The notes under the pieces were generated by a model. That model did no database searches. It was not told where the DNA came from and saw only the letters and a list, made by a program, of their open reading frames with translations. Below, in pieces: positions 13,351 to 28,124 of a DNA stretch of 64,000 bases. The DNA comes from the human T2T-CHM13v2.0 reference genome, Homo sapiens. A program made the position numbers and the translations under genes. Where the stretch lies: assembly GCF_009914755.1 (NCBI RefSeq), contig NC_060944.1; one strand, written 5' to 3'. The stretch's first letter is position 1, and every line of letters starts with the position of its first letter.

Positions 13351-16300
13351 AAAGCAACTTCTTAGAGATTATCAAACACAGAGATTAATAGACATACATA
13401 CCCTGACTACAGTACCAATGCAGAGGAAAAGGTGGAATAAGGATTTAACCCTGCTGCAAAATACAAGACAATTTCAGAGAAAGCTATTCCTTAGGTTACT
13501 TTAGGAGGTTTATATGAGTGTTGAGAAACACCCAACAGTCTATCTCATGTTGAATGTAATAGGAATAATGAATGAAAGTAACTGATACATTGCTATCTGG
13601 CCTCTGGGTGCCAGGGGTTTGCATACTCACACACTCTTCTCATGAGGCAGCAGAGCTGCTGTTATTTCTGTTTCACAGGCAACTTGAAGGAACTTGAAGA
13701 CCCCACAGAGAGGCAGTAGCAGTCAAGTTTGGACCTGTCTATCAGGGCATATCTCAGATTTAGGACCTCCCTCCTGGAAACCCCAAGAAGCCTGGGCTCA
13801 GGGATCTTTTCAATTCTCTCTCTGCCACTAAAGGGTGTGCATTTTGACTCCCTTTTATAGTAACTGCTTAAAGTATCTGCTTTCAAGCTGAAATTCCCAT
13901 GGGCAATGTGGTTTTATTGTTACTTTTTAAAAAGTTAATATATTCAAAAAAGTAAAGCAAGGAATATTCAGAGGGCTGGGACTCCAATGACCTGGCCCCT
14001 TCATCCCAGGGCAGTGTTAGGAGAGACTTGGAAAACAGGGTAAGAAGAACCAGCAGCAAAACTTCCCAGTCATGTTCTCAGGAGCCCCAGGGCTTCTCAG
14101 TATTAGTGAACTTCAGAGCCACGTGGAAAGTTGGTGAGAAATGACCATTAACAGGCCTCACCTCATAGCTTTTGACTCTGTGGCTCTGGGGTGGGGCTGA
14201 GAGGTTAGGTTCTTCACAAGCTCCTTATTGTGACTTCAGTGAGGGAGGTTTACAGACAGACCCTCTGTGGACTTCTGCACAAATCTCCCCTTCCTGCCAA
14301 GTAACAGCTCGGAGGCTGAGTTGGGGAAGGGTGCTCTGGATTCTGAACTTGCTTTGAAGCAGCTTGGTGTAGTGGGACCTGGGGTCGAGTATGAGCCTCA
14401 TCCTAAGCCAGTCTGTGCAGCGTCTCTGAGCCTCTGTTTTATCCCTCGTAAATCAGGAACTCACCCATTCATTTCCACAGCCAGCCATCGGGAGCGCGTT
14501 AGTGCCAAGCTTTATGTAAGCTTTGGGAATTCAGCAGTGAGCCCACCTCCCTTCATCCCCCACCCCACCAAGGAGCTCGCTGAGTGGGGTAGGGAAATAG
14601 ACAAGCCAGCTTGTAGGTAAGCCCAACGGAGGCTGCGGAGCCCAGGGGAGATGCTTTGCACAATCACAGAAGGCTTCCCTGAAGACCTGGGGCTGAAGTT
14701 GAAGCCTGAAAGACCTGAGAGTGAGCTGAGCCTGGGAGAGCCAGTGTGCCAAGCAGAGGGAACATTCTGGAATGGAGTGTCAGCCATCTTCTGCTTTTCC
14801 AGAAGGCGGCAGCAGGCGAGGAGGAGATGGCTGTAGCGTATGTGCCCCACAGCGTCTGCCTTGATGACTATCAGAGGAGGGTCCAGGCACCTTCCCAGAG
14901 ACCTTTACACCTGTGGGAAGTGGAAGGCTGTGGTCCCCCTGCAGGATGCTATCCGCTGACACTGGCTGGAGCTTAGCATTTGTCAGGCCCTGTGCTGGGC
15001 GTTTTACACACACAGACATGCACTGTCACATCAACTTTGTGGGGAGAGACTATTCTTTTAGAGAGGAAGAAATCGTGTCTGAGAAAGATTAAGCCACTTG
15101 TCCGGGTCACAGTCCCTGAACAGGGAAGATGGGTCTGTGTCTGACTCTGAAGCCCCTGCATGTGACTTCAAGTCTCATCTTGAGACAGAGCCATGTCAGC
15201 TATTTTAACAGAAACATGGTTTTCAGAATCCCAGTCTCAGCATCACAGGGCAGAGCACAGAAGGGTGGGTGTAGGGCTCAGGGACAATGCTTCGTCATGA
15301 ACCCCAAGCTGCTTCTCCCCATCCTGGGTCTGGAACCAGAAGGCCCCATGGGAGGTCAGGTGATTGTTGGCTGTGGTTGGGCTGGGCAGAGCCACGGACC
15401 AGGTGACTTCAGGACACTTTGGTGCTCAGAAGACTGGCTTAGAAGGGAGGCTGTGGGCACATGAGTCCAGCTGCTCCTAGGACCGGCCGTTGGATCCCAA
15501 ACCCTTCAGTGCCTCATCCTATGTTGCCTTTTTCTCAGCTGTTGCCATCTGGTTGTGCCTTCTTCTGCATCTTCCTGCACTGCAGAGCAGCCCCCCTCCC
15601 CAAAAAAGCAATTTCCCCAATTCCTTTGCACCTGGGATATTTGAGATGCAATTCTGCTCCTCCAGCTGAGGGTGGTGAGGCCAAGTCGTCCCCCTGCTGC
15701 ATCGAGCTTTTCCATTCTGCACTGCAGTGACCAGCCATTAGCTTTGTGGGAGACAAGGGGTCTCTACGTTGGTGAGGGCTTCTTGATTGCAGGGTCACAG
15801 CTTCTGCTGCGTGTTCTGGAAGCTAATACTTTCAGCAGCCTCTGGGTCTCTGCTTTCCTGATGGAGGCAGATGTGCCAGATTCCTGGGAGGCCAGTTCTG
15901 CCATGTTTTTGCACAGACCCGGTCCAGAGCCTGCTCCTCATGAACTTCCAGTGGCTTTTGTAAGCACTTGATGCCTCGTGCTAATTTCTTTCCTTTCTGG
16001 AATAAGTAAAGCAACAGCTCTTTGTGCTTGTAAGTGAACCCAGGTGACTTAGATCATGCCTGTACTCTTTACACCAACACTGATTCCTTCTTACAGGTGA
16101 GAAAACTCAGGCCCAGAGTATTTCAGCATCTGTTGGAGGTCACACTAATTGTCAGTGTCAGAACCACAACCCAAAGCCAGATCCCTATCTCCTACCTTGT
16201 TCCTCCCCACCTAACCCTCTGAGGATGTGACTTGTCACTGGGGTGAGAGTGCGGTCTGCAGCTCTGTATCTGACTTGCAAATTATAAAATGTGTTCCACT

Positions 16301-16680
16301 TGTGTGCTGAATTAATTGACGCCCTGATTCTTGTTTGTTTCAACGGTGTGATTAAAACAATGATGATGATTCTCCCTTGGGGTCTATCAGATAAAGTGGC
16401 TGTGATTGACAGGGCCCTGCACCCACACAGTGGCTCTGTAGAGCCTGCAGAGTGGGTGGCCCACACTCCTGATCCTCATCCCTGGCCCAGAGCCTAAACA
16501 GAGGACTTTTTTCCTTCCTGAAAAGCAGAATGGTATAGAGGGCTCCACCATTCATCAGGCACACATTAAGCCCAGGTACTTGGTCCCTGGGAGATACATG
16601 CCATCTTGCAATATCCCCTTGCAGTGAGGACACCCATCACCCTTGCACAGATCAAGAAACTTCGTTCTTGAAGGTCACAG

Positions 16681-17393
16681 TGTAACTGCCCAACAAGTTC
16701 TTCTTACCCATTGCCCAGATGAAGCTGATTTATTAAAACAAGGGAAAGAGTTTAATACATGAAGAGCTGGGTAAATGAGAGATCAGAGTTTTATTATTAC
16801 TCACATTAGCTTCCTTGAAAATTTGGGGACTAGGGTGTTTCAAAGATAGTTTGGGTGGGCAGGGGCTAGGGAATGGATGCTGCTGATTGGTTGGGCATGC
16901 AATCACAGGGGTGTGGAAAACAGTCCTTGAGGCTGAGTCCACTACTGGGTGGGGGCCACAGGTCATGTTGAGTCAAGAGTTGCTGGTCCTAGTGGGGCCA
17001 TCTGGTCCTCAGAAATGCAAAAGCCTGAGAAGACATCTCTAAAGGCCAATCTTAGGTTTTACAATGATGATGTTATCTGCAGGAGTAATTGGGGAAGTAA
17101 CAAATCTTGCAATGGCTGGAATAATGACTGGTCATCACTTAACCACAGATTCAGGCCCTTCTCATCCTCCTAACCTTGGTGGCCTTTCATTAGTGTTATA
17201 AAGGGGGTTAGTTTTTTGGGAAGGGCTATTATCATTTAAACTATAAACTCAATTTCTCCCAAAGTTAGCTTGGCCCACACCCAGGAACAACCAAGGGTGG
17301 TTTGGAGGTTAAACGCAAGATGGAGTTGGTTAGGTCAGATCTCTTCTGTATCATAATTTTCTCACTGTTATAAGTTTTGCAAAGTCAGTTTCA
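16681..17393 (-). mobile_element. LTR8A/LTR8B-like ERV1 solo LTR
   Basis: tgtaactgccc...gagttttattattactca...ttttgcaaagtcagtttca; 4-bp TSD acag. Confidence 0.85.
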
Positions 17394-17818
17394 ACAGTTA
17401 ATAAGCAGTGCAAGGTGGGGCTGTAGTTTTGACCTGCTTGGACTCTGAGAATATAGGAAAAATAAAACTCAGTTTCTCCTATCCTTGGCTCTTACAACAC
17501 AAAAGGCTTCTGACACCAAATGTATGTGGGTTTACCCCCATACAGCAAGCAAATAACCAATTCTGCAGTGGACACCAGCTATGTGTCCTCTAATTCAGTT
17601 CAATTCCCACACTACCTGGAGATAGTGTCAGATTGCACAGGTTGAGGGCTGAGTCCCACAAGACTGTGCCTGCCTCACTTCAATACCAATTGCAAGCCCC
17701 TGGTGTTTTACCTTTGCTTGTGATCACTGGCTATAAATTGAGATTCCCCTCCCCCTTAGATTCGATTAATTTGCTAGAGTAGCTCACACATCTCAGGGAA
17801 ACACTTACTTATGTTTAC

Positions 17819-18812
<994 letters not shown>

Positions 18813-19619
18813 TTACCAGTGTATTACAAGGATATTACAAGGGATACAGATAATGAGATGCAGAGGGTGGAGTATAAGGAAGGGATGTGGAGCTCTCATG
18901 TCCTCTCCAGGCACCACCCTCCAGGGACCTCCATGTGTTCAGCTGTCTGAAGCTCCCTGAACCCGGTCCTTGTGGGGTTTTACGGAAGCTTCATTATGGA
19001 AGCACGATTCATTACCTTCTTGGCCTTGGTGATCAACTCAACTCAACATTCAGCCCCCTCCCCAGCCCTCCCCAGAGGTCCAGTTGGGTGGAGCTGAAAC
19101 TGTCAACCCTCTAATCACATGGTTGGTACCCCCGGCAACCAGCCCCCATCCATAGTCTGTCCAGGATCCCCCTGCCATCAGTCAACTCATTAGCATACAG
19201 AAAGTCACTCATCCTCTTGGAGATCCCAAGGATGTGGGGAGTTGTGTACAGGGGTTGATGGGTCTGACTCTTCTCATCACCTGCTTCAGGGCAAGGCAAG
19301 GCTTGACTCAGGCCTGGGCAAGCACCGCATTCCATCCCCTGATTACAAAGATTCCATGGTGGGGAGTGGTGGGTAGCATGTGATCCAAACAAAGGAAGCC
19401 TGGTTCTGCCTCTTCTCTTGAACTTTTAGGAAAGAGAAAACCCATTCTTTCCATTGGACTTAAAGACATAAGCATGGGGCTGCTGGAGTTACCATAGTCA
19501 ACTCCTGTCAGAGAATGAAACCTGCGGCAGGCAGAGCCACAAAGAGAGAAAAGACTGATTCCTGGAATTCTTGATGACATCGTTCACAATGCTGGATCCA
19601 GCCCCAACTGAAACCATTG

Positions 19620-20847
19620 TGAAACTGTCTCCACAGGGTTGACAATTGCATCCTGGGTTCTGGACAGAAATAATTATAATTAAGCATTCATCAGGCTGCC
19701 CTTAGGCCCACTTCCTTGTTACTAAAAGTCACTTAGCACTAGATACTGATCATTTGCATACCATTGTTCCTATAGGCGAGATCCCGGACATTAGAATCAT
19801 AAGGCTTTTATTTAATTCAGATGTATTTCAGACCTGAATTCCAGCGACCAGTTTGAAGACCCCCAGAGAAGAAACAAAATCGGCTTTGCAAAATTATAGC
19901 TGAGGAAATTATGACAGTGAAAGAAATAAGACCTGACTGACTCCATCTTGCTTCTAACCTTTAAGCTGTCCTTGTTCATTCCTGGGCGTGGGCTAAACTA
20001 ACTTTGGGAAGGAATTCAGTTCGTGGTTTGACTCTGCAACAAAATTGGTAACAGCCCTTTCCTGAAAAGACCCCCTTCTTGCCTGGGGTCTAGTTTGCCT
20101 TTCCAGGACTAACAAATTAGCTACAAGATTAGAAAGTACAGTTTAGGGCTCATGCAGCCTCTGGCTTCAAGAGTCTTAATTGCCCCAAATTGCTCCTGGA
20201 GAAAACATCACTATTGTAAAATCTAAGATCAGTGCCTGAGGTATTTTGCAGACCCTGCACTGGATGGATCAGCTGAACTGGCTCAACCAGTTCCGCCATC
20301 CCACCCAGGAACAGAAGACGGCAAGAAAACCTCCTTCGACCCCCGCTGATTCCATCTCCAACCTGACTAATCAGCTCTCCCCACTTCCCAAGCCTCTAAC
20401 TGCCAAATTATCTTTAAAAACTCTGATCCCCAAATGCTTAGGGAGACTGATTTGAGTAATAACAAGGCTCTGGTCTCTTGCACAGCCAGCTCTGTGTGAA
20501 TTACCCTCTCACCATTGCAATTCCCCTGTCTTGATAAATCGGTTCTGTCTAGGCAGCAGGCAAGGTGAACCCATTGGGTGGTTACAGAAAGGGATCCACG
20601 TGAGAATACAGCTTCTTCCTCTCCCTCACCCATGACTTCACCCTGCACTCCTCGACCAATCAATGATACCTGTACTTTGGCCTACTCCAAAACCTGAACC
20701 CCAGATTCCTAGGGGAGGTGGAGTTGAGGTTTTCTCCCATCACCTCATTCAATGACCCTATGATGAAACCTCTTTCTCTGCTGCAAGCCGGTGTCTTGGT
20801 GTATGGACTGGTTGTGTGTGTAGGGCAATGAACCTATTATGGTTACA
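19620..20847 (+). mobile_element. MER4-group ERV1 LTR (LTR45-like), split by LTR8
   Basis: tgaaactgtctccacagggttgaca...gaacctattatggttaca; continuity on both sides of the LTR8 insertion; subfamily name uncertain. Confidence 0.7.
19875..20586 (+). mobile_element. LTR8 ERV1 solo LTR
   Basis: ctttgcaaaattatagctgaggaaattatgacagtgaaag...aggtgaacccattgggtggttaca; 4-bp TSD gaaa. Confidence 0.9.
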
Positions 20848-21287
20848 ATCACCTCCCCCTGGGTTTCTCAGTTATGCCAAACGATGAATTCCTCACTTTT
20901 CTGCAGCCAGTTAGAGGTGGCACCTTAGTCCCTTTAATTTCACTATGTCCTGGCTGCTACGCAGCTCTTTTTTCCAGATTTGCCTGATGTTCTGCCCACC
21001 AAACTAAGCTGCCCCCAACTGATGGCTTAAGCCTGGATTAAACTAAGCTACAAACAGCTGAATTCCTCGAGAGTGGCCAACCTAGCCTCTCTTGTGTGAC
21101 AGACACTCAAGATTCAACCAGTGACACCTCTTTTATTTCTCCAAATTCACTTAAGGTCCAGTGTCACCCTCTTGGAGATCTCTCTGCCCGCTTCCCTGGA
21201 TTACCTATGAGCCCTGGGGCATGGCAGGAAGGTGACCTGAGCAGGAGACAGCGCACTGAGATTTGAAGGATGAGTCTGCATTGTTCT

Positions 21288-22544
21288 TGTTACCGAACCA
21301 AGCTTGAGTCCACCCACCTCGGTGCAGCAAAGCCAAACCCTGACATCAGGATTTGCAGCGAGAGAAAGTGAGGCATTGATTGCAGGGCTCCAGGCAAGCG
21401 GAATGAGGCAGCTAATGCCTAAAACCTGAACTTCCCCATGGCTTACATTGTAAGTGTTTTTCAAGGTGAGGAGACAGAATTACAGGCAAAGTCATAAACT
21501 GACACATGGAAGTTGCACATTGGTTTAACTTAAAAAAGCAAAGCATCTCCAGCAGGGTCTACAAGTCAAAGGTGAATTCAAAGATTCTTTCATTTGTGTT
21601 TGATTAAGGAAGCAAAAGTTTTTCTAAAAAGTTGGGGTCAACAGAAAGGAATGTTAAGCCCTGGGCTCTGAATATGACTTCCTCCAGGCCTCTCGGGCAG
21701 AAATTTAGAACAAAGAATGGGAGGGTCACCATTCAGTCCTTGGTTCCTTCTTATCTGAGGTCTCTGTGCCAGCAGATGCCATCTTCCATGTGATGGGGGT
21801 CTGGGTTTCTGAAAAATAATTCAGGGACATATATGGAGATGTTATCCTTAGTTTCTATAGGAAGCCGAACATTTTGTGGCTCTAACTTCCTGGGCTATTA
21901 TTTTCAGCTATTATTACCTTCTCACGTATCAGGTTGCTCATTTAATTTTCAAAGCTAGTGAGGTGCCTGGAATTTCCCTTGAAGGAACTCAAGGTTTTCC
22001 TTTCATTCCATGCCTGGGGAAGCCCAGCGGGCTCCTAAGAGGGGTCCTTGTGTAGCAGGACGAGCCACAGACAAAACCTCTCAGACACTGAGTTGTAGAA
22101 GGAAGGGCTTTATTCAGCTGGGAGCATCGGCAAGCTACTGTCTTAAAATCCGAGCTCCTCAAGTGCACAATTTCTGTCCCTTTTAAGGGCTCACAATGCT
22201 ACAGACTTCACATGAAAGGGTCGTGATTGATTGAGCAATCTAGGGGATATGTGACAGAGGTTTCATGCCCTGGTAGTCAGAGTGAAACAGAACAGGGCAG
22301 GGAGTATCACAATGTTCCTTCATACAATGTCGGGAATCTATGGATAATATCGGTTTCTAAGTCATGAGTTGATTTTTAACTACTAGGTTTAGGCCAGGCA
22401 GGCCTAGGTCCGGTTTTGGGCCTGGCGCGGGGCTGCCTGTCTTTGATTTCACTTCCTTGTTTTTTTCTTAAAACAGGTACTGAGTATAAAACAATATAAA
22501 ACAATATGAGAGGGTCTCTCTCTTCCCTCACTTGCTCCATCACA
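21288..22544 (-). mobile_element. MER4-group ERV1 LTR (subfamily uncertain, MER72/LTR48-like), split near its end by LTR15
   Basis: tgttaccgaacc...gcagcaaagccaaac...gagagaaagtgaggcatt; resumes as cttgctccatcaca after 22530. Confidence 0.65.
22051..22530 (-). mobile_element. LTR15 ERV1 solo LTR
   Basis: tgtagcaggacgagcc...gagagggtctctctcttccctca; perfect 4-bp TSD cttg. Confidence 0.92.
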
Positions 22545-22669
22545 TTTTATCAAAGGGAGCAGGAGGAGTGCATTTCAGGGGAATATCAGCTTGTGTGAAG
22601 GAAGACACAAATGAGAGAGCAGGGGAAATGGCTTGGAGTTTTAAGGTAGAGTGCAGGGAGTCCAATAGC

Positions 22670-23780
22670 ATTTTTAAAAGATTTTCCACTAAAATATCAT
22701 AAACATAGAGACAAGTGTGCGTGGCCTAAGTACAAAGCTCGATGAATTCTCACCAAGAGAACACATCCAGGTCACACACATATGGATCCAGAAACAGAAC
22801 ACAACCAGGAACCCGTGAACCTTCAGGTCCCTTTCCAGTCACCGTGCTTCCCAGGGCAATGTCTATCCTGACTTCTCACACCCACTTCAGGGCGTAATTT
22901 TGCCTACTTTTAACTTCATGGAAACGGAACCAAATAACTTGTGCTCTCTAGTGCCTGGTTTCTCTCATTCAACACTGTGAGATGCGTCCTTATCAACAAC
23001 ACACGTAGCTGTACGTCGTTTGCTCTCATTGATATAAGGCAGGGGTCAGCAAACTCTTTTTGTAAAGAGCGACAGTAAATATTTGAAGCATCACTGGTCC
23101 TTTGATCTCTGTCCCAGCTCAATTTTTCTGTTATGACATGAAAGCAGCCATAGGAAATATTTAAATCAATGAATGGAGCTGAATTTTGTAAATAAAATTT
23201 TGTAAGTCTCATTCATCGAATGAACTTTATTTTGTAAATAAAGTTTCGATGAATGAAACTTTATCTACAAAAATTGGCAGCCTGGATTACAAACATAGTT
23301 TGCCAGCTCCGTGCTCTACAGTATTCTGTTGTGTGAATATACCACCATTTGTTCATCTCATCTACTGAGGAACTTCAAGGTAGGCTTTAGTTTGGGACGA
23401 CTTACGCATAGTGCTGCCGTGAACATTCTTGTACGTGTGTTTGTTGAACGTGTCCACATTTCTGTTGGGTATGTTCCAAGAGGTAGGATTGCTGGGTTGA
23501 AACTTATACATCTGTTCAGCTTTAGAAGATGCTGCCAAACAGTTTTGCAAAGTGGTGGTACCAGTTGCATCTCTCCCTCCCCATGACCAGCAGTGGATGC
23601 ATGTTCCAGTTGCTTCACTTCCTTAATGTGTGATGTTTTCACCTTAACCTTTCAGGTGGATGTGTACTTGTATCATTTTATGGTTTTAATTTGCATTTCC
23701 CTGATAAATAATGAAGCTGAGCAGTTTTTCATATGTTTACAGCCATTTGGGGTATTGGCTTTGTGAAATGCCTGTTCCAA
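22670..23780 (-). mobile_element. Old L1 (L1ME/L1MC) 3' region, interrupted by MER58A
   Basis: aggtaggattgctgggt...gctgccaaacagttttgcaaagtggt...tttaatttgcatttccctgat. Confidence 0.8.
23040..23312. mobile_element. MER58A hAT DNA transposon
   Basis: caggggtcagcaaact...tagtttgccagctcc terminal inverted repeats. Confidence 0.8.
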
Positions 23781-24417
23781 TAACATTTGATACCTTTAAC
23801 TTGCATAAATTACATTCTGCCTTGAAAATAAATCTGGCAGTCTCCTTTGGAGCGTTTGGTCTTCTTTCTTATCTAAACTTAGGAGCTTTTAAGGGATGAT
23901 GTTGTGCATATGTTACTACTTTTTCTTTAATTCCAGAATCTAATGTGAGATGTTTGCCCTCTCAATGTCTGTTTCAGGTTCTTTTTCCCCTTAAGAAATT
24001 TTGATCTTGTTCTTGCATGTGTCACTAACTGTTTTGAAATTCAGAGATCCAAGAGGCCTGAACTTTCAGAAATCACGGTTTCACAGAGTTTAGAAGGTGA
24101 GAGCCTTTCTGAGCCTCAGACAAAGAGGGCTTGAGGATATACACTGAGGACATCACTGAACAGGCCATCACTGAACTTGAACTTGACATCACTGAACCAG
24201 CCCAGGCATCTGAGTCTAGGTGTGAGAGTAACCTCATTCCTCTATCTTCCCTCTCTTCTTGCTCTGGGTTCTGAAGATCCTCAATGAATAATGGCAAGTT
24301 ATACTAGTCAGAGGAGAGAAAATTTTCAAATGGGGCAGGTTGAGAATAAATCTGGCTGAGCGAAGAAAATTAATTAGTAATAGTAAATATAATTTGGCAG
24401 ATTCTGAAGTAGCTTAC

Positions 24418-24786
24418 TGTATTAGTCCATTTTCATACTGCTATGAAGAAATAACTGAGATGGGGTAATTTATAAAGAAAAAGAGGTTTAATGGACTCAG
24501 TTCCACATGTCTGGGGAGGCCTCACAATCATGGCAAAAGGTGAAGGAGGAGCAAAGGCACATCTTACATGGGGGCAGCAAGAAAACATGTGCAGGGGAAC
24601 TGCCCTTTATAAAACCATCAGATCTCATGAGACTTATTCACTATCACGAGAACAGCACAGGAAAACCCGCCCCCATGACTCAGTTACCTCCCACTGGGTC
24701 CCTCCCACGAAACATGCAAAACATGGGGATTATGGGAGTTACAATTCAAGATGAGATTTGGGTGAGAACACAGCCAAACCATATCA
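24418..24786 (-). mobile_element. THE1 (THE1C/D-like) MaLR solo LTR
   Basis: tgtattagtcc...cagccaaaccatatca; perfect 5-bp TSD cttac. Confidence 0.93.
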
Positions 24787-24787
24787 C

Positions 24788-24791
<4 letters not shown>

Positions 24792-24857
<66 letters not shown>

Positions 24858-24878
24858 TGAGAGATTGAGAGATTGAGA
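24792..24878 (+). repeat. Compound (TG)n(GA)n microsatellite
   Basis: ~24 TG units followed by GA units. Confidence 0.97.
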
Positions 24879-25697
24879 ATGTGACTGATAGCTGTCATAT
24901 AACTATGGATTCTGCAATGCATATAAAGCCTGTTTGCCCTGTGGTCCAGCCTGATACACAGTCTATAAAAAAAAAATTGTTTACCAACCCCAAACTAATT
25001 TAGGGTAATTTGAATCTTTATTGGAGCCTTCTGAATAGCATATCAAAGAAGGAACCCATCCATAATATATAATAAAACCTCTTTTTAAAAGTTCTTTTCC
25101 AATTCTTCTTTCTTCAACACACAATAGCTGCCACGAAGTTATTTTCTGTTTTTCATTTCCACATTTATACAACATGAAACAAACAAAAACCCTATCTCTA
25201 ATCCAACCTTCATGGGCTCTTTCATTTTTGATTCCTCTTTCTTATTTCCCTAAATCTATTCTTCTCCCCCTAGTAGTTTTTAGTTTTCTCGTTTTCTACT
25301 GTAATTCCCACGAGTCCCTCCTCATCTCATCTCCCTTATTGACTATCTCAATTGATAAAGAAAAGGTCCAGTAATCAATCAGACAGGATTCCTTCTCAGA
25401 GGGTGGAAGATGAGAGAAAAGACAAAGCTGGTAGGATTGTCTTTGGTATTTAAGATAAAAGAGGCTATGAGTCCTCTCTTGCATATGTTCATCCTTGTCA
25501 CCCTTACGTTCTGGGTCCATGCAAGTACATTTCTTTTTGCATTTTTTAAAAAAACAAAAATTAAGTTGCTTTTAGAGGAGACATCTCTTATTTGAGCCTC
25601 ACAAGTAAGGACAATGAGTCAGTGACCACTGTGGACACTTCCATTTAATGCTTCCACTCACCAAGGACTCATCATGGGACAAGTATGGCACAGGTGA

Positions 25698-26190
25698 GTG
25701 TCGGGGTATCCATAAGAACCCTCCCAGATTCTGTTATTTTCCAGGAGTGCTCATAAGACTCAGCATATAGTTTTGCACATGGCTATGACTTTTATAGTGA
25801 AAGGATACCGAGCAAAATCAGTACATGGAAAAGGCACTGAGAACTAAGTACAGAAGAAGCCAGGTGGAAGCTTACAGAGCTCTCTCCCCCTAGAGCTGCC
25901 CAGGACACACAGGATTTCCTTAGCAATGAATTGTAACAACACCTGTGAACTGCTCATTAGAGACTCAGTGTCCAGGGTTTTTATTGGGGGCTGGTCACAT
26001 AGACACCATCTGCCTGGGATGTGACAACATTCCCAGAAGGAAAGCAGGTGTCCAGCATAAACCATGCTGTTTGTGCAAATGGTTTAGTCACAGTGAACTA
26101 CTCTTGTCAGGAAGTGGTGGGAACTCTCTTGAAATCCACCTTCCCAGATGCCAGCCCCAGGCCAAGCCTTGCAGTCAGGCCTGCTGTGGT
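25698..26190 (-). mobile_element. MER77/MER21-group LTR fragment
   Basis: gactcagcatatagt...gaaaggataccgagcaaaatcag...gagactcagtgtccagggtttttattgggggctggtcacatag. Confidence 0.7.
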
Positions 26191-26439
26191 GACTGGCTTT
26201 TGCACAGTGAGACATTTAAAGTTAATGAACCTTGCCAGCAACCCCAGGAGGCCGTACAATCATTATTCCCATTTGGAGAAAATGAAACTTAGGCTCATAG
26301 AGTGGGGAGAACTTTTCTGCTGAGAGCTAATAAGTGGTAAAACCTAGACATGGATTATATGAAATTACAGACCATGTCGTTTTCATCATGCCATACTGTC
26401 TCTTCATTATTCCATTATTTCAGTACTGAATTATTTGAT

Positions 26440-26602
26440 AGCTAACATTCCTGGGTCTTTTCTATGGGGCAGCCATTGTTTTAAGTGTTTTTCCTACAAC
26501 AGCTTATTTAAGCCTCACCCTATGAGATCATGCATTATTGCTATCCTCACTTTACAGATGAGGAAACTGAGGCACAGAGATTTAAAAATGTACACAAGGT
26601 CA
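26440..26602 (-). mobile_element. MIR SINE
   Basis: tatcctcactttacagatgaggaaactgaggcacagaga core. Confidence 0.8.
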
Positions 26603-27768
26603 TAATAATGGTGGCCACTTGCTGGGTGCTACCGATATCCCAACTCATGTTCCTCCTGCCTTTATTTATTAGCTCTGCTGGGCAGCTTCTCATGGGTAGC
26701 CTCTGTACAGAAAAGATCAATTAGAGATGAATCTTAATAAAGTAAAGGCAGTTTACGAAGAAAATAAAACACTCTAGGAGGCAAGGCCGATAAATGAGTC
26801 CAGGAATTCAGCAGAAAGTGAGACCAACTGCTTCCAGCAGAGGCAAATGACAACTCATTCGAGTCCAGAAAGAGGAGAGCAAGCGAACCTCCAGCCTCAG
26901 CTTCCATGACCTTCCAATACAAAGTGCCCTGCTCTGTTAGGTGGAAACCTGTCCTGTGGAACTTCTTCCTCACTCTCCCCCAAACCTACCCTTGTCCAAC
27001 CCTAGCCCCCACCCATTAGAGGGAGGTATTTACTGAGGGAATAGGGACTCCTTGGAATTTTTGTCCCAGAAAAGATGTAGACCTAGCTGAGGTTGCAGAC
27101 GCTAAGAATTTATCCAAGGCCAGAGTTGCAAACTCGTGTCTCTAACACATGGGCACGTGCAGGTTTCAATAGGAAAGCAAGAGAGAAGGCCACGTGGCCA
27201 GAGGACTGCTCCTGGATCCACTGAGCCACTGTCATTGTTGGGTCCTGCTTCTGTGGGCCATGCAGTCATGCACGCTGTACCTGCCCTAAAGTGACATCGT
27301 TGGTGAAACATACCTCTCCCACGCCCCTGGAGAAAGTCAACAGCTAGAGTTGACTGTGTAGATTCTAGAAAGTAATGTTCAGTGTTCTCATGCAAATAGT
27401 GCAATGTAAGGTGGTGTTGAGCTTATTTTTGCGGCAGAATTAATGTTCATTTAGAGCATCGTGCAGTCTGAAGGGGACACTGAAGTTTTTCTGTTAAATT
27501 TTTCTGCAGTTTAGTGGGAAATTAAATACAGTAGCAGGAATTGCCAATTTGGGGATTTGCAAAGGACTCTGGAGGCAGCCCTTGTGAAGCATGCGGAATT
27601 CTTTTAACAGCAAATGTGATGCGCAGTGGAGAGGCGGTTTCTGTTTTCTGTCTCCCTTAAAGCCCCATCCACCCAGCCAAGCACCCAGCACAAGGATGTG
27701 ACTAGACCCTTTCCAACACTAAGGAACCGAGGACAACAGGCTGCCACTTTGATTTTTAAATTCAGGCC

Positions 27769-28124
<356 letters not shown>

